Origin: Vampirovibrionales bacterium
Lineage (GTDB): Bacteria > Cyanobacteriota > Vampirovibrionia > Vampirovibrionales > JAJTHC01
NCBI GenBank assembly: GCA_044358835.1
Contig: JBIKNF010000009.1
Location: 6,174-70,173 of the forward strand
DNA length: 64,000 nt
Direction of reading: 5' to 3'
Under the pieces are notes generated by a model. The model was not told the DNA's origin, searched no databases, and was given only the letters and a program-made list of their open reading frames with translations. The position numbers were made by a program, and so were the translations under genes. Below, piece after piece: positions 47,959-57,256 of the stretch; the stretch's first letter is position 1; every line of letters starts with the position of its first letter.

Positions 47959-49293
47959 TTACAGCGTTAAATGCGCTTTGTATTGCGAAGACGCCTTAAA
48001 AGTAGACCCTTTAATCTCAGGGTCTTCTTGATTTAAGACGATGCCTCGTGAATCTGGCTGAAACACGGCTTGATCACACCAACGTAGTTCCCCCGCCACC
48101 CAAGTGGCGAGAAGCTTCATGGTGGGTTGATGCCATAAAAGCACATCCGCCACATAGCCTTCTTTTAAACTGCCTCTATGATCATCCAACCCCAAAAGTT
48201 GGGCTGGATTATGCGTGGCCATTTGAAAGGCTTGTTCCAAGCTACAAATGTTCCAATTCAACAGGTTACGAATCATTTCAGGCAATAACTGGATGGAACC
48301 TGCTAAATGGCCTTCGGCATTGATGGCTCGTCCTTCCTTATTCTGCACCAAGGTGCCGGCAAAGGCGACTTTTTCACCTTCATTTAAACCCGCAAGATTC
48401 ATCGCATCGGACACCAAAACGAGCTTGTCTACCCCTTTGACTTTCAAAGTGAGTTCCACCACTTCGGGATGCACATGGTAACCATCCGTAATCAACGAAG
48501 CCCATAAATCCTTTTCTAGCAAGGCATGCAAGCTTGAACCCACGTGGCGATGCGTGTAAGCACCAAAGGCATTATACAGGTGCGTCACCCCTTGTAAGCC
48601 ACGATTTTTGGCAGCGCTTAAATGTCCTCGTTCCACGTTGCTATGCCCTGCAAAAGTCAAGATCCCTTTTTCACAGAGCGCATCAAGTAGTTCAAAGTTT
48701 TCATCGAGTTCTGGGGCGTAGGTCATCATTTTCACATGGGGAGAAAGCAATAATTCTAAGGCCTCCATATCTATGGGCAACAGGTGTTCCTTAGGGTGCG
48801 TCCCCCGTTTTTCAGGGTTCAGAAAAGGGCCTTCCAAATGGATGCCCAGCACTTTAGTGCTATTAACCCGTGTATTAAAGTGAATGAGTTCTTCAATGGC
48901 GTTGGTTGCATTAATCATGTCCATCAACGATGCCGTCACTACTGTAGGTAAAATAGCGCTAACGCCGTGTTGAGGCAAGGTATCCAACACCTTTTTCATA
49001 TTCAAAAGGTTGCCTGCTGAAAAATCTACGCCAAACGCCCCGTTGATTTGCAAATCAATGAAGGCGGGGGTAATGAGGTAATCTTCTCCCAAATGCACCG
49101 TGTGAACGTCTTCACTTCGCAGTAAATGATTGGCAGCGACTTCTGTGCCTATGGATTGAATCAGACCGTTGTGCATTTGAAGCGTGGTGCCTTTTAATAG
49201 ACCGTTGGGGGTTAAGACATTGGCGTGACATAAGGCTGTAATTTCAGAAGAGGCTGAAGGGGTGGGTGCCGAAGAGTGAGAAGGTTTGGACAT
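47959..49293 (-). CDS. nagA: N-acetylglucosamine-6-phosphate deacetylase
   Basis: 'PAFIDLQINGAFGVDF', 'HLEGPFLNPEKRGTHPKE', 'THLYNAF' and a 'DGYH' metal-binding pattern. Confidence 0.85.
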   Translation of the reverse strand: MSKPSHSSAPTPSASSEITALCHANVLTPNGLLKGTTLQMHNGLIQSIGTEVAANHLLRSEDVHTVHLGEDYLITPAFIDLQINGAFGVDFSAGNLLNMKKVLDTLPQHGVSAILPTVVTASLMDMINATNAIEELIHFNTRVNSTKVLGIHLEGPFLNPEKRGTHPKEHLLPIDMEALELLLSPHVKMMTYAPELDENFELLDALCEKGILTFAGHSNVERGHLSAAKNRGLQGVTHLYNAFGAYTHRHVGSSLHALLEKDLWASLITDGYHVHPEVVELTLKVKGVDKLVLVSDAMNLAGLNEGEKVAFAGTLVQNKEGRAINAEGHLAGSIQLLPEMIRNLLNWNICSLEQAFQMATHNPAQLLGLDDHRGSLKEGYVADVLLWHQPTMKLLATWVAGELRWCDQAVFQPDSRGIVLNQEDPEIKGSTFKASSQYKAHLTL

Positions 49294-49431
49294 CGTTGAA
49301 GTCTTCCTTTAAGGTGGATTGCACTTGTGTGAATAAGAATTCCCCTGTATTATAGTGCATATCGTCTGTTTTGGTGAAGTTTTCAACCAAATAGAGTAAT
49401 TTTATTGCCCCCCAAAAAAGGAGAAACACCT

Positions 49432-50061
49432 ATGAAATTTAAACCGTTTACGCGTGAAATAAGTGTATTGTTGTTAATGGCTTTTGGCAGCTTGGGGGTA
49501 TTGAATCTTACGGCAGACGCTTACAAAGCGGGGGCAAGAATTGAAACGTCTAAAGGTGATATTGTGTTTGCCTTTTACGAAAAAGAAGCGCCCAAGACCA
49601 CGGCTCATATAACGCGTTTGATTAAATCTGGCTTTTATAACGAACAAGGCATGCGCTGGCATCGAGTGGTGCCTGACTTTGTGATTCAAACAGGAGACCC
49701 CACAAACACAGGGGCGGGCGGTTCAAGCGAACGCATTGATTTAGAAGTTAAAAATACGCTTTCTCATTGTGATGCAGGCATTGTGGCCATGGCTCGAAGT
49801 GCCGATCTCAATAGTGCGTCGAGTCAATTTTACATTACCTTAGACGCCCAACGCACGCTGGATGCCAAGTACGCTATTTTTGCTCACGTGCTCAGCGGTA
49901 TGTCGATTTTACCGCGCATCACCCCGAAAGACGCCGTGTACCGTATTGTATTGATGGACGTTGAATCCGTGGTGCCTGAAGCCAATGCCCCTGTGCAAGA
50001 ACATCCCGTTTGGGGGATTTTTCAACCCAAGAAGAAAACGGCTTACACCGTGCGTGAGTGA
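49432..50061 (+). CDS. Peptidyl-prolyl cis-trans isomerase (cyclophilin) with signal peptide
   Basis: Start at 49432 with an 'aaaaaggag' RBS. 'GFYNEQGMRWHRVVPDFVIQTGDP', 'MARSADLNSASSQFYITL'. Confidence 0.85.
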   Translation: MKFKPFTREISVLLLMAFGSLGVLNLTADAYKAGARIETSKGDIVFAFYEKEAPKTTAHITRLIKSGFYNEQGMRWHRVVPDFVIQTGDPTNTGAGGSSERIDLEVKNTLSHCDAGIVAMARSADLNSASSQFYITLDAQRTLDAKYAIFAHVLSGMSILPRITPKDAVYRIVLMDVESVVPEANAPVQEHPVWGIFQPKKKTAYTVRE

Positions 50062-50117
50062 CACTTGCATTATTCAAATGTTTGACGTTTAATACAGAAG
50101 ATGAAAAAGCGAACTGT

Positions 50118-50193
50118 GGACAGTTAGCTCAGTTGGTAGAGCACCACATTGACATTGTGGTGGTCGCTGGTTCGAATCCAGTACTGTCCACCA
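50118..50193 (+). tRNA. tRNA-Val (anticodon GAC), CCA encoded
   Basis: Perfect acceptor GGACAGT/ACTGTCC. Anticodon loop 'TTGACAT'. T-arm 'GGTTCGAATCC'. Confidence 0.9.
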
Positions 50194-50254
50194 CTTTTAT
50201 CTTATATAGTGTTGGAAAGAGTTTTCCGAACAATCCTTTGATAAAGGAAACGAT

Positions 50255-51160
50255 GTGACCTCTCGCTACTTCTTGGGTTTGTTAGGGCATCCACTTTCAC
50301 ATAGTTACAGTCCACTCATCCATCATACGTTGCTGGAACAGGTAGGGCTAAAAGGGGAATACAAGCTTTTTGATTATACGCTTGGCCAACTTGAAGCAGG
50401 CGCTATTGCGTCGATGTTGATGAGTGGGGTGCATGGGTTTAATGTCACCATTCCCTATAAAGTTCTGTTGCATGACAAACTGCCCGCGTTGACGCCCGCA
50501 GCCAAACGCGTTGGCGCCGTCAACACGGTTTTTAGGGTGGATGTTGATAACGAAATCACGCTTATTGGGCATAATACCGACACCACCGGCTTTTACAAAA
50601 GTCTAACGACCCAAACCCAAGAAAAGCTAGCAGAAGGCCAGGCCATGATTCTCGGTGGGGGAGGATCTGCACGCGCGGTTTTGGTGGCGCTTGTGTTTGA
50701 AGCCAAGACGCCTGTTCAACATATTACGCTTGTGATGCGTCACCCTGAAAAAGCCGACGATTTAAAGCACGCCTTTGTTCAATGGGTAAACGAAGCTCAG
50801 GCTTCAACCACGCTAGACGTGATTCACCCTAAAGCGTTGGATGCCCCAAAACTGGCTTCTGTAGATGTACTGATAAACTGCACCCCTGTGGGCATGCACC
50901 CAAACGTTGATGCCACACCTTTAACGGCTTTACAAGTGCAAGCTCTCAACCCTACGGCTCATGTGGTGGATTTGATTTACAATCCTGCTGAAACGGCTTT
51001 AATGAAGCTGGCTCGCGAACAGGGTTGCCCAGTTGTTCAAAATGGCTTAGGCATGTTGATTCATCAAGCCATTGAAGCCTTCTGCACGTGGACGAAACTC
51101 CCCGCCGAACCCGAGTGGTACGAGGCCATTGAAGAACGGTTAAAACCGCACATGAGCTAG
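50255..51160 (+). CDS. aroE: Shikimate dehydrogenase
   Basis: GTG start. 'GLLGHPLSHSYSPLIHH', 'NVTIPYK', 'NTVF', 'ILGGGGSARAV'. Confidence 0.85.
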   Translation: MTSRYFLGLLGHPLSHSYSPLIHHTLLEQVGLKGEYKLFDYTLGQLEAGAIASMLMSGVHGFNVTIPYKVLLHDKLPALTPAAKRVGAVNTVFRVDVDNEITLIGHNTDTTGFYKSLTTQTQEKLAEGQAMILGGGGSARAVLVALVFEAKTPVQHITLVMRHPEKADDLKHAFVQWVNEAQASTTLDVIHPKALDAPKLASVDVLINCTPVGMHPNVDATPLTALQVQALNPTAHVVDLIYNPAETALMKLAREQGCPVVQNGLGMLIHQAIEAFCTWTKLPAEPEWYEAIEERLKPHMS

Positions 51161-51300
51161 CCATTTCTTTACTGGCACCGTGTTGAAGTTGTGTGAAGGG
51201 GTTATATACGCCTTAATTTAGTCTTTAAAGACTTTGATTCTAAAGCCTGTTCGTGATACATTGAAGCCATTGTACAAAACATGCTGGATGCCCCCCCTCT

Positions 51301-52665
51301 ATGACTCGCACGGTTTTTATTGAAACACAAGGTTGCCAAATGAATGAAGCCGACAGCGAACTGATGCTGGGGCTGTTGGTGCGTGAAGGCTTTGTGCCCA
51401 CCCCTGACCCTAACGTGGCGGATTTACTGATTTTAAACACCTGCCAAATTCGAGAAATGGCGAGTGACAAGGCCTTTAGCCAACTGGGGCGTTGGGGCAA
51501 GCTCAAAAAGCAGCGCCCCGAAGTCAAAATTGCCATGGCCGGCTGTGTGGCGCAACAAGTGGGGAATACCGTTTTTGAACGCATGCCTTATGTAGACATC
51601 GTCTACGGGACGCAGAACATTCATGATTTACCTCGCTTGGTGCGTCAAGTATTTGACGAAAACGATCACCACGTCATCGCCCTTGACAAACAAAAGGAAG
51701 CGTCCACCTTCGATTATTTTGAAGACGTCACGCAAGTTCGCCAAAATCGTGGTACATCCGCTTGGGTCACCATTATTGAAGGCTGTAACTACTTTTGCAC
51801 CTATTGCGTCGTGCCTTACACCAGAGGTCGCCAAATCAGTCGTAAACCGCAAAGCATTCTGGACGAAGTAAAACGACTGGTCGAAACAGGTGTAAAAGAA
51901 GTAACGCTCTTAGGCCAAACGGTGGATGCCTATGGCCAAGACTTCAATGCCCTTCGCTATGATTTAGCCGATTTATTTTACGCCGTCCATGAAATTAAGG
52001 GCATTGAACGCATCCGATTTATGACGTCGCATCCGCTGGATTTAAGCGATCGTATGATTGAGGCCATTGCTGAATTGCCGAAGCTCATGGAACACATTCA
52101 CATTCCCATGCAAAGTGGAGATGACGCCGTTCTTAAACGCATGAGACGTGGCTATACGGGGGAAGATTACTACCGTCTCACCGATAAAATCCACGAACGC
52201 ATCCCGAATGTGGCGATTACGGGCGATTACATCGTGGGCTTCCCCGGTGAATCCGAAGAGGCGTTTTTAAACAGCGTCTATAGCGTCAGTCGAGCAGGCT
52301 TGTATTTGGGCAATACCGCAGCGTATTCGGCTCGTTTGCAAACACCCGCCGCCATTTGGGAAGAACGCTACGACGATCAAGCCATCCCACAAAGTGTGAA
52401 AGAAGAGCGTTTACAGGTCTTGAATGAAGCCATTCGCAAGCAGGCGATGGCTCATAATACCCCTATGGTGGGGCAGGTGCAAAACGTGTTGGTGGAAGGG
52501 CAAAGCAAGCGTAACCCTCAACGCCTTATGGGACGCAACCGCCAAAACAAGGTGATTAACTTTGACATCCCCGACGGCATCGACCAAGCGTCGTTGGTGA
52601 ATACGCTGGTGGATGTGCGTGTCACGGAAGCGTACCCCTTTTCGTTGCTTGGTGTTTTGCTCTAA
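51301..52665 (+). CDS. miaB: tRNA-2-methylthio-N6-dimethylallyladenosine synthase MiaB
   Basis: 'VFIETQGCQMNEADSE' is the MTTase N-domain. 'CNYFCTYCVVP' is the radical-SAM CxxxCxxC. C-terminal TRAM. 454 aa. Confidence 0.9.
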   Translation: MTRTVFIETQGCQMNEADSELMLGLLVREGFVPTPDPNVADLLILNTCQIREMASDKAFSQLGRWGKLKKQRPEVKIAMAGCVAQQVGNTVFERMPYVDIVYGTQNIHDLPRLVRQVFDENDHHVIALDKQKEASTFDYFEDVTQVRQNRGTSAWVTIIEGCNYFCTYCVVPYTRGRQISRKPQSILDEVKRLVETGVKEVTLLGQTVDAYGQDFNALRYDLADLFYAVHEIKGIERIRFMTSHPLDLSDRMIEAIAELPKLMEHIHIPMQSGDDAVLKRMRRGYTGEDYYRLTDKIHERIPNVAITGDYIVGFPGESEEAFLNSVYSVSRAGLYLGNTAAYSARLQTPAAIWEERYDDQAIPQSVKEERLQVLNEAIRKQAMAHNTPMVGQVQNVLVEGQSKRNPQRLMGRNRQNKVINFDIPDGIDQASLVNTLVDVRVTEAYPFSLLGVLL

Positions 52666-52729
52666 TCCCCTTTTAGTGATAGACTTAAAAAGCATATCAA
52701 AGACCGCTTTAGATTAAAGGAAACACCCC

Positions 52730-54001
52730 ATGCCGATAACCTTGCCTCCTCCTGAAATTAATGATATTGCTCTTGCCCCCCAAGGCAAAAAGCAGATCGA
52801 TTGGGCCTTGCAAGACATGCCGGTGCTTGGGAGCATTCGTGAACGCTTTTTAGAAGAACAGCCGCTCAAAGGCTTACGCATTTCTTCTTGTGGGCATATG
52901 ACCAAAGAACTGGCGGCGTTAGCCATTACCATTCAAGCCGGTGGCGCGCAAAGCATGGTGATCGCCTCTAACCCCATTACCACGCAAGACGATGTGGCTG
53001 CCTCTCTTGTCAAGGATTATGGTTTGGCTATTTACGCCCAACGAGGCGAAAGTGTCGAAACATATCGTCGTCACGTGCAACTGGCCGTTGATTTTGAACC
53101 TCACATTATTATGGATGATGGCGGAGACGTTTGTGCAGCCATGAAAAACACCCGTCCTGATTGGTGTGATCATGTATGGGGAAGTACCGAAGAAACCACC
53201 GCAGGCATTACTCGCCTAAAAGCCTTGGATGCTCAAAATGCCTTGCCTTGGCCTGCCATTGGTGTGAACGAGTCTAAAACCAAGCACTTGTTTGACAACC
53301 GTTACGGCACGGGCCAAAGCACGATGGATAGCATTATGCGTGCCTGTAACATCCTTATTGCGGGTAAAACCGTGGTGATTATGGGCTACGGCTGGTGCGG
53401 AAGGGGCTGTGCCCTGCGAGCCAAAGGCTTAGGGGCGAATGTCATCGTCTGTGAAGTGGATCACATGAAAGCCCTAGAAGCGGTGATGGATGGGTATCGC
53501 GTGATGCCTATTGCGGAAGCAGCGGCCTTAGGCGATATTTTTATTTGCATTACCAGTAATAAGCACGTGATTGACACCGCTCACTTTACGGTGATGAAAG
53601 ATCAAGCCATTGTGTGTAATGCGGGGCATCAGAATTGGGAGTTCAATTACGACGCCCTTAAAGCAGGCTCTATTCAAGTGAGCGAACCGCGTGCTTATGT
53701 GGAAGCCTGCCTTCAAGCCGACGGCCGTACCCTTTACGCCTTAAGCCAAGGGCGTTTGGTGAACCTGACCGCCGCAGAAGGGCATCCTGCGAGTGTCATG
53801 GATATGAGTTTCGCCAATCAAGCCTTGGCGGTTGAACACTTGGTGAAGCATAAAGGTCACTTGGGCAATCACTTAATCACGTTGCCTGCGGAAGTGGACG
53901 ACCACATTGCTAAACTTAAGTTGGCGGCGATGGGCATTGCGATTGACACCATGACCCCCGCAATGCGGGAATACATGAGTAGTTGGAATATGGGAACCTA
54001 G
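52730..54001 (+). CDS. ahcY: Adenosylhomocysteinase
   Basis: 'SCGHMTKELAALAIT', 'GKTVVIMGYGWCGRGCA' for NAD binding, 'HPASVMDMSFANQALA'. Confidence 0.95.
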   Translation: MPITLPPPEINDIALAPQGKKQIDWALQDMPVLGSIRERFLEEQPLKGLRISSCGHMTKELAALAITIQAGGAQSMVIASNPITTQDDVAASLVKDYGLAIYAQRGESVETYRRHVQLAVDFEPHIIMDDGGDVCAAMKNTRPDWCDHVWGSTEETTAGITRLKALDAQNALPWPAIGVNESKTKHLFDNRYGTGQSTMDSIMRACNILIAGKTVVIMGYGWCGRGCALRAKGLGANVIVCEVDHMKALEAVMDGYRVMPIAEAAALGDIFICITSNKHVIDTAHFTVMKDQAIVCNAGHQNWEFNYDALKAGSIQVSEPRAYVEACLQADGRTLYALSQGRLVNLTAAEGHPASVMDMSFANQALAVEHLVKHKGHLGNHLITLPAEVDDHIAKLKLAAMGIAIDTMTPAMREYMSSWNMGT

Positions 54002-54235
54002 GTGGAGTCGACATTCAGCCTAAGCGTTTTCGTCAAAAACGTTTGACGCACGGGTTTGTTTTGCTTATAGTAGGTTTTATGGTGCCGTGAGATGTCCAAA
54101 CAAGGCTGTCTGACGTTTTTTGCCCCGTGTGGTTATGTTTAATGAGTATAATCACTACGGCAAATCATTCACAACCCTACGCCCGCGCGCAAAGAAGTAG
54201 GAAAGTTCACGACATTCAAGATATAAGGACTATAA

Positions 54236-54679
54236 GTGATGCAACATCCACTTATTCGTGAAATCGAAAAAGAGTACACCCGTACTGATCGCCCCGTCTT
54301 ATTCCCTGGGGATACCGTACGAGTCAACGTGAAAATCGTTGAAGGCAGTAAAGAACGGATTCAGGCGTTTGAAGGCATTATAATTGCTAAACGTGGCGCG
54401 GGCGTTGGGGCCACCTTCCGTGTGCGTAAGGTGTTTCAAGGCGTCAGTGTTGAACGAACCTTCCTCATTAATTCCCCACGCGTTGAAAGTATTACCGTGT
54501 TGCGTCGTGGACGCGTGCGTCGAGCCAAGCTTTACTACTTGCGCGATCGCATGGGTAAAGCTGCGCGTATTCGTGAAAAAACCACCGGCTATGCGGCTCC
54601 CACCAAATTTGGATCCATTTTAGTGGCCAATGCCAACAGCGCAACCGAAGGTTCAAAAAAAGCGAAGAAAAAGAAGTAA
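54236..54679 (+). CDS. rplS: 50S ribosomal protein L19 with Lys-rich C-terminal extension
   Basis: '[32 protein letters not shown]...[11 protein letters not shown]' then a ~30-aa extension ending 'KKAKKKK'. Confidence 0.9.
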   Translation: MMQHPLIREIEKEYTRTDRPVLFPGDTVRVNVKIVEGSKERIQAFEGIIIAKRGAGVGATFRVRKVFQGVSVERTFLINSPRVESITVLRRGRVRRAKLYYLRDRMGKAARIREKTTGYAAPTKFGSILVANANSATEGSKKAKKKK

Positions 54680-54704
54680 GTCTTTAATTGAAACTTAATT
54701 TAAA

Positions 54705-54736
54705 GCGTGGAAGTGCAATACTTCCGCGCTTTTTTA
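54705..54736 (+). terminator. Rho-independent terminator after rplS
   Basis: 'gcgtggaagt gcaat acttccgcgc' followed by 'ttttttaat'. Confidence 0.55.
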
Positions 54737-54766
54737 ATGCCTCCTCCTCCACTTAATGGAGCTTCT

Positions 54767-54793
54767 GCAAGTTTGACGTAGCACAACCGATAC
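54767..54793 (+). promoter_or_regulatory. Sigma-28 (FliA)-type promoter upstream of flagellin
   Basis: 'gcAAGTTT', 11 nt, 'aCCGATAc' against the consensus TAAAGTTT-N11-GCCGATAA. ~140 nt upstream of the flagellin ATG. Confidence 0.5.
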
Positions 54794-54934
54794 CTTATTC
54801 ACAAACATTCGACGATGAAGAGAGATACTTAATTTCAAATCTAAGTTTAGAAAACAAATCTTTTGTTTTATGCGCTTAAATTTGATTGATTTTGTGTGAA
54901 AACAAACCAAGAGAGAAAAGGAGAGAACCCCACC

Positions 54935-55795
54935 ATGGGTATTATTATTAACACCAACATGCAGTCTATTAGTTCACAACGTTTATTAAACGTCAACACC
55001 ATGCACTTGGCCAGAAGCTACGAGAAATTATCGTCAGGCTTGAAAATTAATCGTTCCAGCGATGACGCGGCAGGACTGCAAATTTCAGAACGCTTACGTT
55101 CACAAATCCGAGGTTCCCAACGTGCTTTAGACAACACCCAAGACGGTGTCAACGTCTTAAGCGTTGTGGATGGCACCTTCCAAACAGTCGTAGAAAACCT
55201 TCAACGTATGCGAGAACTCAGTGTTCAAGGTGCAAACGACTCTAACTCTTCCCAAGAACGTAGTGCGATCAATATTGAAATCTCTCAGCTTTCGGCAGAT
55301 TTAAACCGAATCGCCACAGCCACGCAATTCAACAAACGCAACTTACTTAATGGGTCCATCACCAATTATTACCTTCAGGTAGGTGCCAATTCAAATTCTC
55401 AATTAGATCGTATTGATATTGCTAATGTGGGTGGCATAAATCCCTTTAGTAGTATCGCTGCTTCAGCCTTGTTTAATCTACCCGCAGGGTCATCACTTCG
55501 TGTGAACACGAACAGTTCTGCACTGAATACCATAAGTAAAATTGATACCGCTCTTGCTCGCATTGGTAATCGAAGAGCTACTTTAGGTGCGATGATTAAT
55601 CGCTTAGAATCCAGCAGTAAGAATTTAAATATCGCGGTTGAAAATCTCTCTGCATCAGAATCTCGAATTCGCAATGCGGATATTGCCAAGGAATCGGCCG
55701 AAATGACCAAACATCAAATTTTGCAACAGGCAGCGGCTCAAGTCTTGTCTCAAGCAAATCAATTGCCTCAGCTAGCCTTGAAGTTGTTGCAATAG
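54935..55795 (+). CDS. fliC: Flagellin (short, ~286 aa)
   Basis: Start at 54935 with an 'aaaggagag' RBS. N-terminal 'MGIIINTNMQSISSQRLLNVN...LSSGLKINRSSDDAAGLQISERL'. C-terminal 'ATLGAMINRLESS...ESRIRNADIAKESAEMTKHQILQQAAAQVLSQANQLPQLALKLLQ'. Confidence 0.9.
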   Translation: MGIIINTNMQSISSQRLLNVNTMHLARSYEKLSSGLKINRSSDDAAGLQISERLRSQIRGSQRALDNTQDGVNVLSVVDGTFQTVVENLQRMRELSVQGANDSNSSQERSAINIEISQLSADLNRIATATQFNKRNLLNGSITNYYLQVGANSNSQLDRIDIANVGGINPFSSIAASALFNLPAGSSLRVNTNSSALNTISKIDTALARIGNRRATLGAMINRLESSSKNLNIAVENLSASESRIRNADIAKESAEMTKHQILQQAAAQVLSQANQLPQLALKLLQ

Positions 55796-55870
55796 CCTGT
55801 TTAAGTCTTTTTCTCTCTGCCTATTTTTCCTCTTTCTTTTTACTTTCCCTCTCTCTCTCTAAAATAAACC

Positions 55871-55909
55871 TTCCCCCTTCTTTTTTAAGACGGGGGGTAT
55901 TTTTTTGTT
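55871..55909 (+). terminator. Rho-independent terminator after flagellin
   Basis: 'ttcccccttctt tttt aagacgggggg' hairpin followed by 'tattttttt'. Confidence 0.5.
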
Positions 55910-56285
55910 GGTTTTTCTATAGTGTTTGCTAGATAAAACGGTCTAGGGTCTTTTCGTTGCCGCGACGATTTTTTTTTGCTTGCTTATGGTCGTTTGTGTA
56001 CACACCCGCACAAAAAACCGAGGCGCTTAGAATAGCCTCATCGTCTGTTTCATCTTTCAAACACTATAAAAGGGGATAAAGAGGTAAAAATGGCCTAATT
56101 TCCGACACACAGAATACCCTTTTTTGACACACGAAAGTCTATTTTTTACTCGATTTTCAAGGAGTTTGCTGGGTTGTGAAGACCTGTTGAAAAAAGCCAA
56201 TCTTTTTTAGTACAACCTATTTTTAAGTCCTTTGCCCAGTGGCTAAACCCCACTATTTTTGGGATTTCTAGCTTCGTTTTGAGCG

Positions 56286-56362
56286 GGTGTTTCCCTCACC
56301 CTAGCCTTCTTCCATAGGGAAAAGCGACAAAGCAAAAGGACTTTTGCAGAACTTTTTATAAG
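56286..56362 (+). repeat. Dispersed palindromic repeat family, locus B: single forward unit
   Basis: 'ggtgtttccctcaccctagccttcttccatagggaaaagcgacaaagcaaaaggacttttgcagaactttttataag'. Contains the hairpin 'gcaaaag gac ttttgc'. Confidence 0.65.
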
Positions 56363-56496
56363 AAATGTAACGGAAGTCTTGAGCGTAGCACAGAAACTTC
56401 TTAAGATTGTTTTAATACTTATATAAGCTTAAGCTTAATGGAAGATTGTACACACCGCTTTTTTATTTCCCACCCCAGTAAAGGAAGAACCTCTCT

Positions 56497-57147
56497 ATGT
56501 CTGATGCAGAACGTAAAACATTCGTCTTAAAATGTGACAAACCCCGTTACGACGGCGGTATTGAAATTGATTTGGAACGTTATTTTGGCAGACGCTTACA
56601 ACCCAACTTAACGTCTTTAAAAGGAATGGCCCAAGAACACCTCAATGAAGAACAGCTTAAAAAGTTGGGCAATGACGCCCTATTAAGCCCCACGCAAGTG
56701 ATCGCGCGTGCCAAAGCAGTTCGACTAAAGCGAACGTCCTTGTTAAATGAAGACAGCGTCTATGATATGGATGCAGCCTTAGAACGTGATTTAGCCAGTG
56801 AAGATTTAAGTGAATTTTTGCCTTACACGCGAGTTCATCGAGACGCTCTTGAAAAAGCAGCGCACCCTCTAAACCTTCACGACACAGTCACCCCGACGAT
56901 GGATCCTCTCGTACGTCAAGCTCGCCTGAAAGACGTCTTCATGCAAGGCCCTTTGCAAATGGGTATTGGTTTAACAGGGGTGATCACAAGCCTTTTAGCC
57001 CTATGTGCAATGAACCTATGCGCAAGACCTGAAGGCATTCGTCACCAAGCGCGTCAACTGTTTCAAGACTGTACCCGCGTTTTTTGGAAAGGGTTGTGGA
57101 ATACGCTTCTCCTCCCCGCTTCAACCATGAAAGCCGTGATGCTTTAA
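56497..57147 (+). CDS. Hypothetical protein with C-terminal TM segment
   Basis: 216-aa ORF, ~700 bp downstream of flagellin. No family recognised. Confidence 0.45.
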   Translation: MSDAERKTFVLKCDKPRYDGGIEIDLERYFGRRLQPNLTSLKGMAQEHLNEEQLKKLGNDALLSPTQVIARAKAVRLKRTSLLNEDSVYDMDAALERDLASEDLSEFLPYTRVHRDALEKAAHPLNLHDTVTPTMDPLVRQARLKDVFMQGPLQMGIGLTGVITSLLALCAMNLCARPEGIRHQARQLFQDCTRVFWKGLWNTLLLPASTMKAVML

Positions 57148-57256
57148 TTGAAAAGGTAAAAAAGCCAGTAAAGCCGTTCTTTTCAAGGACGGCTTTTGTC
57201 GTATGCCTATGCTAAAATAAAAGAACGTCCCCCCCTATTGAAAAGGATGCTGAGCC

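Noticed and set aside
51240-51584. 114-aa minus-strand ORF overlapping the miaB 5' region
   Set aside because: It is antisense to a conserved radical-SAM gene and has no RBS or homology.
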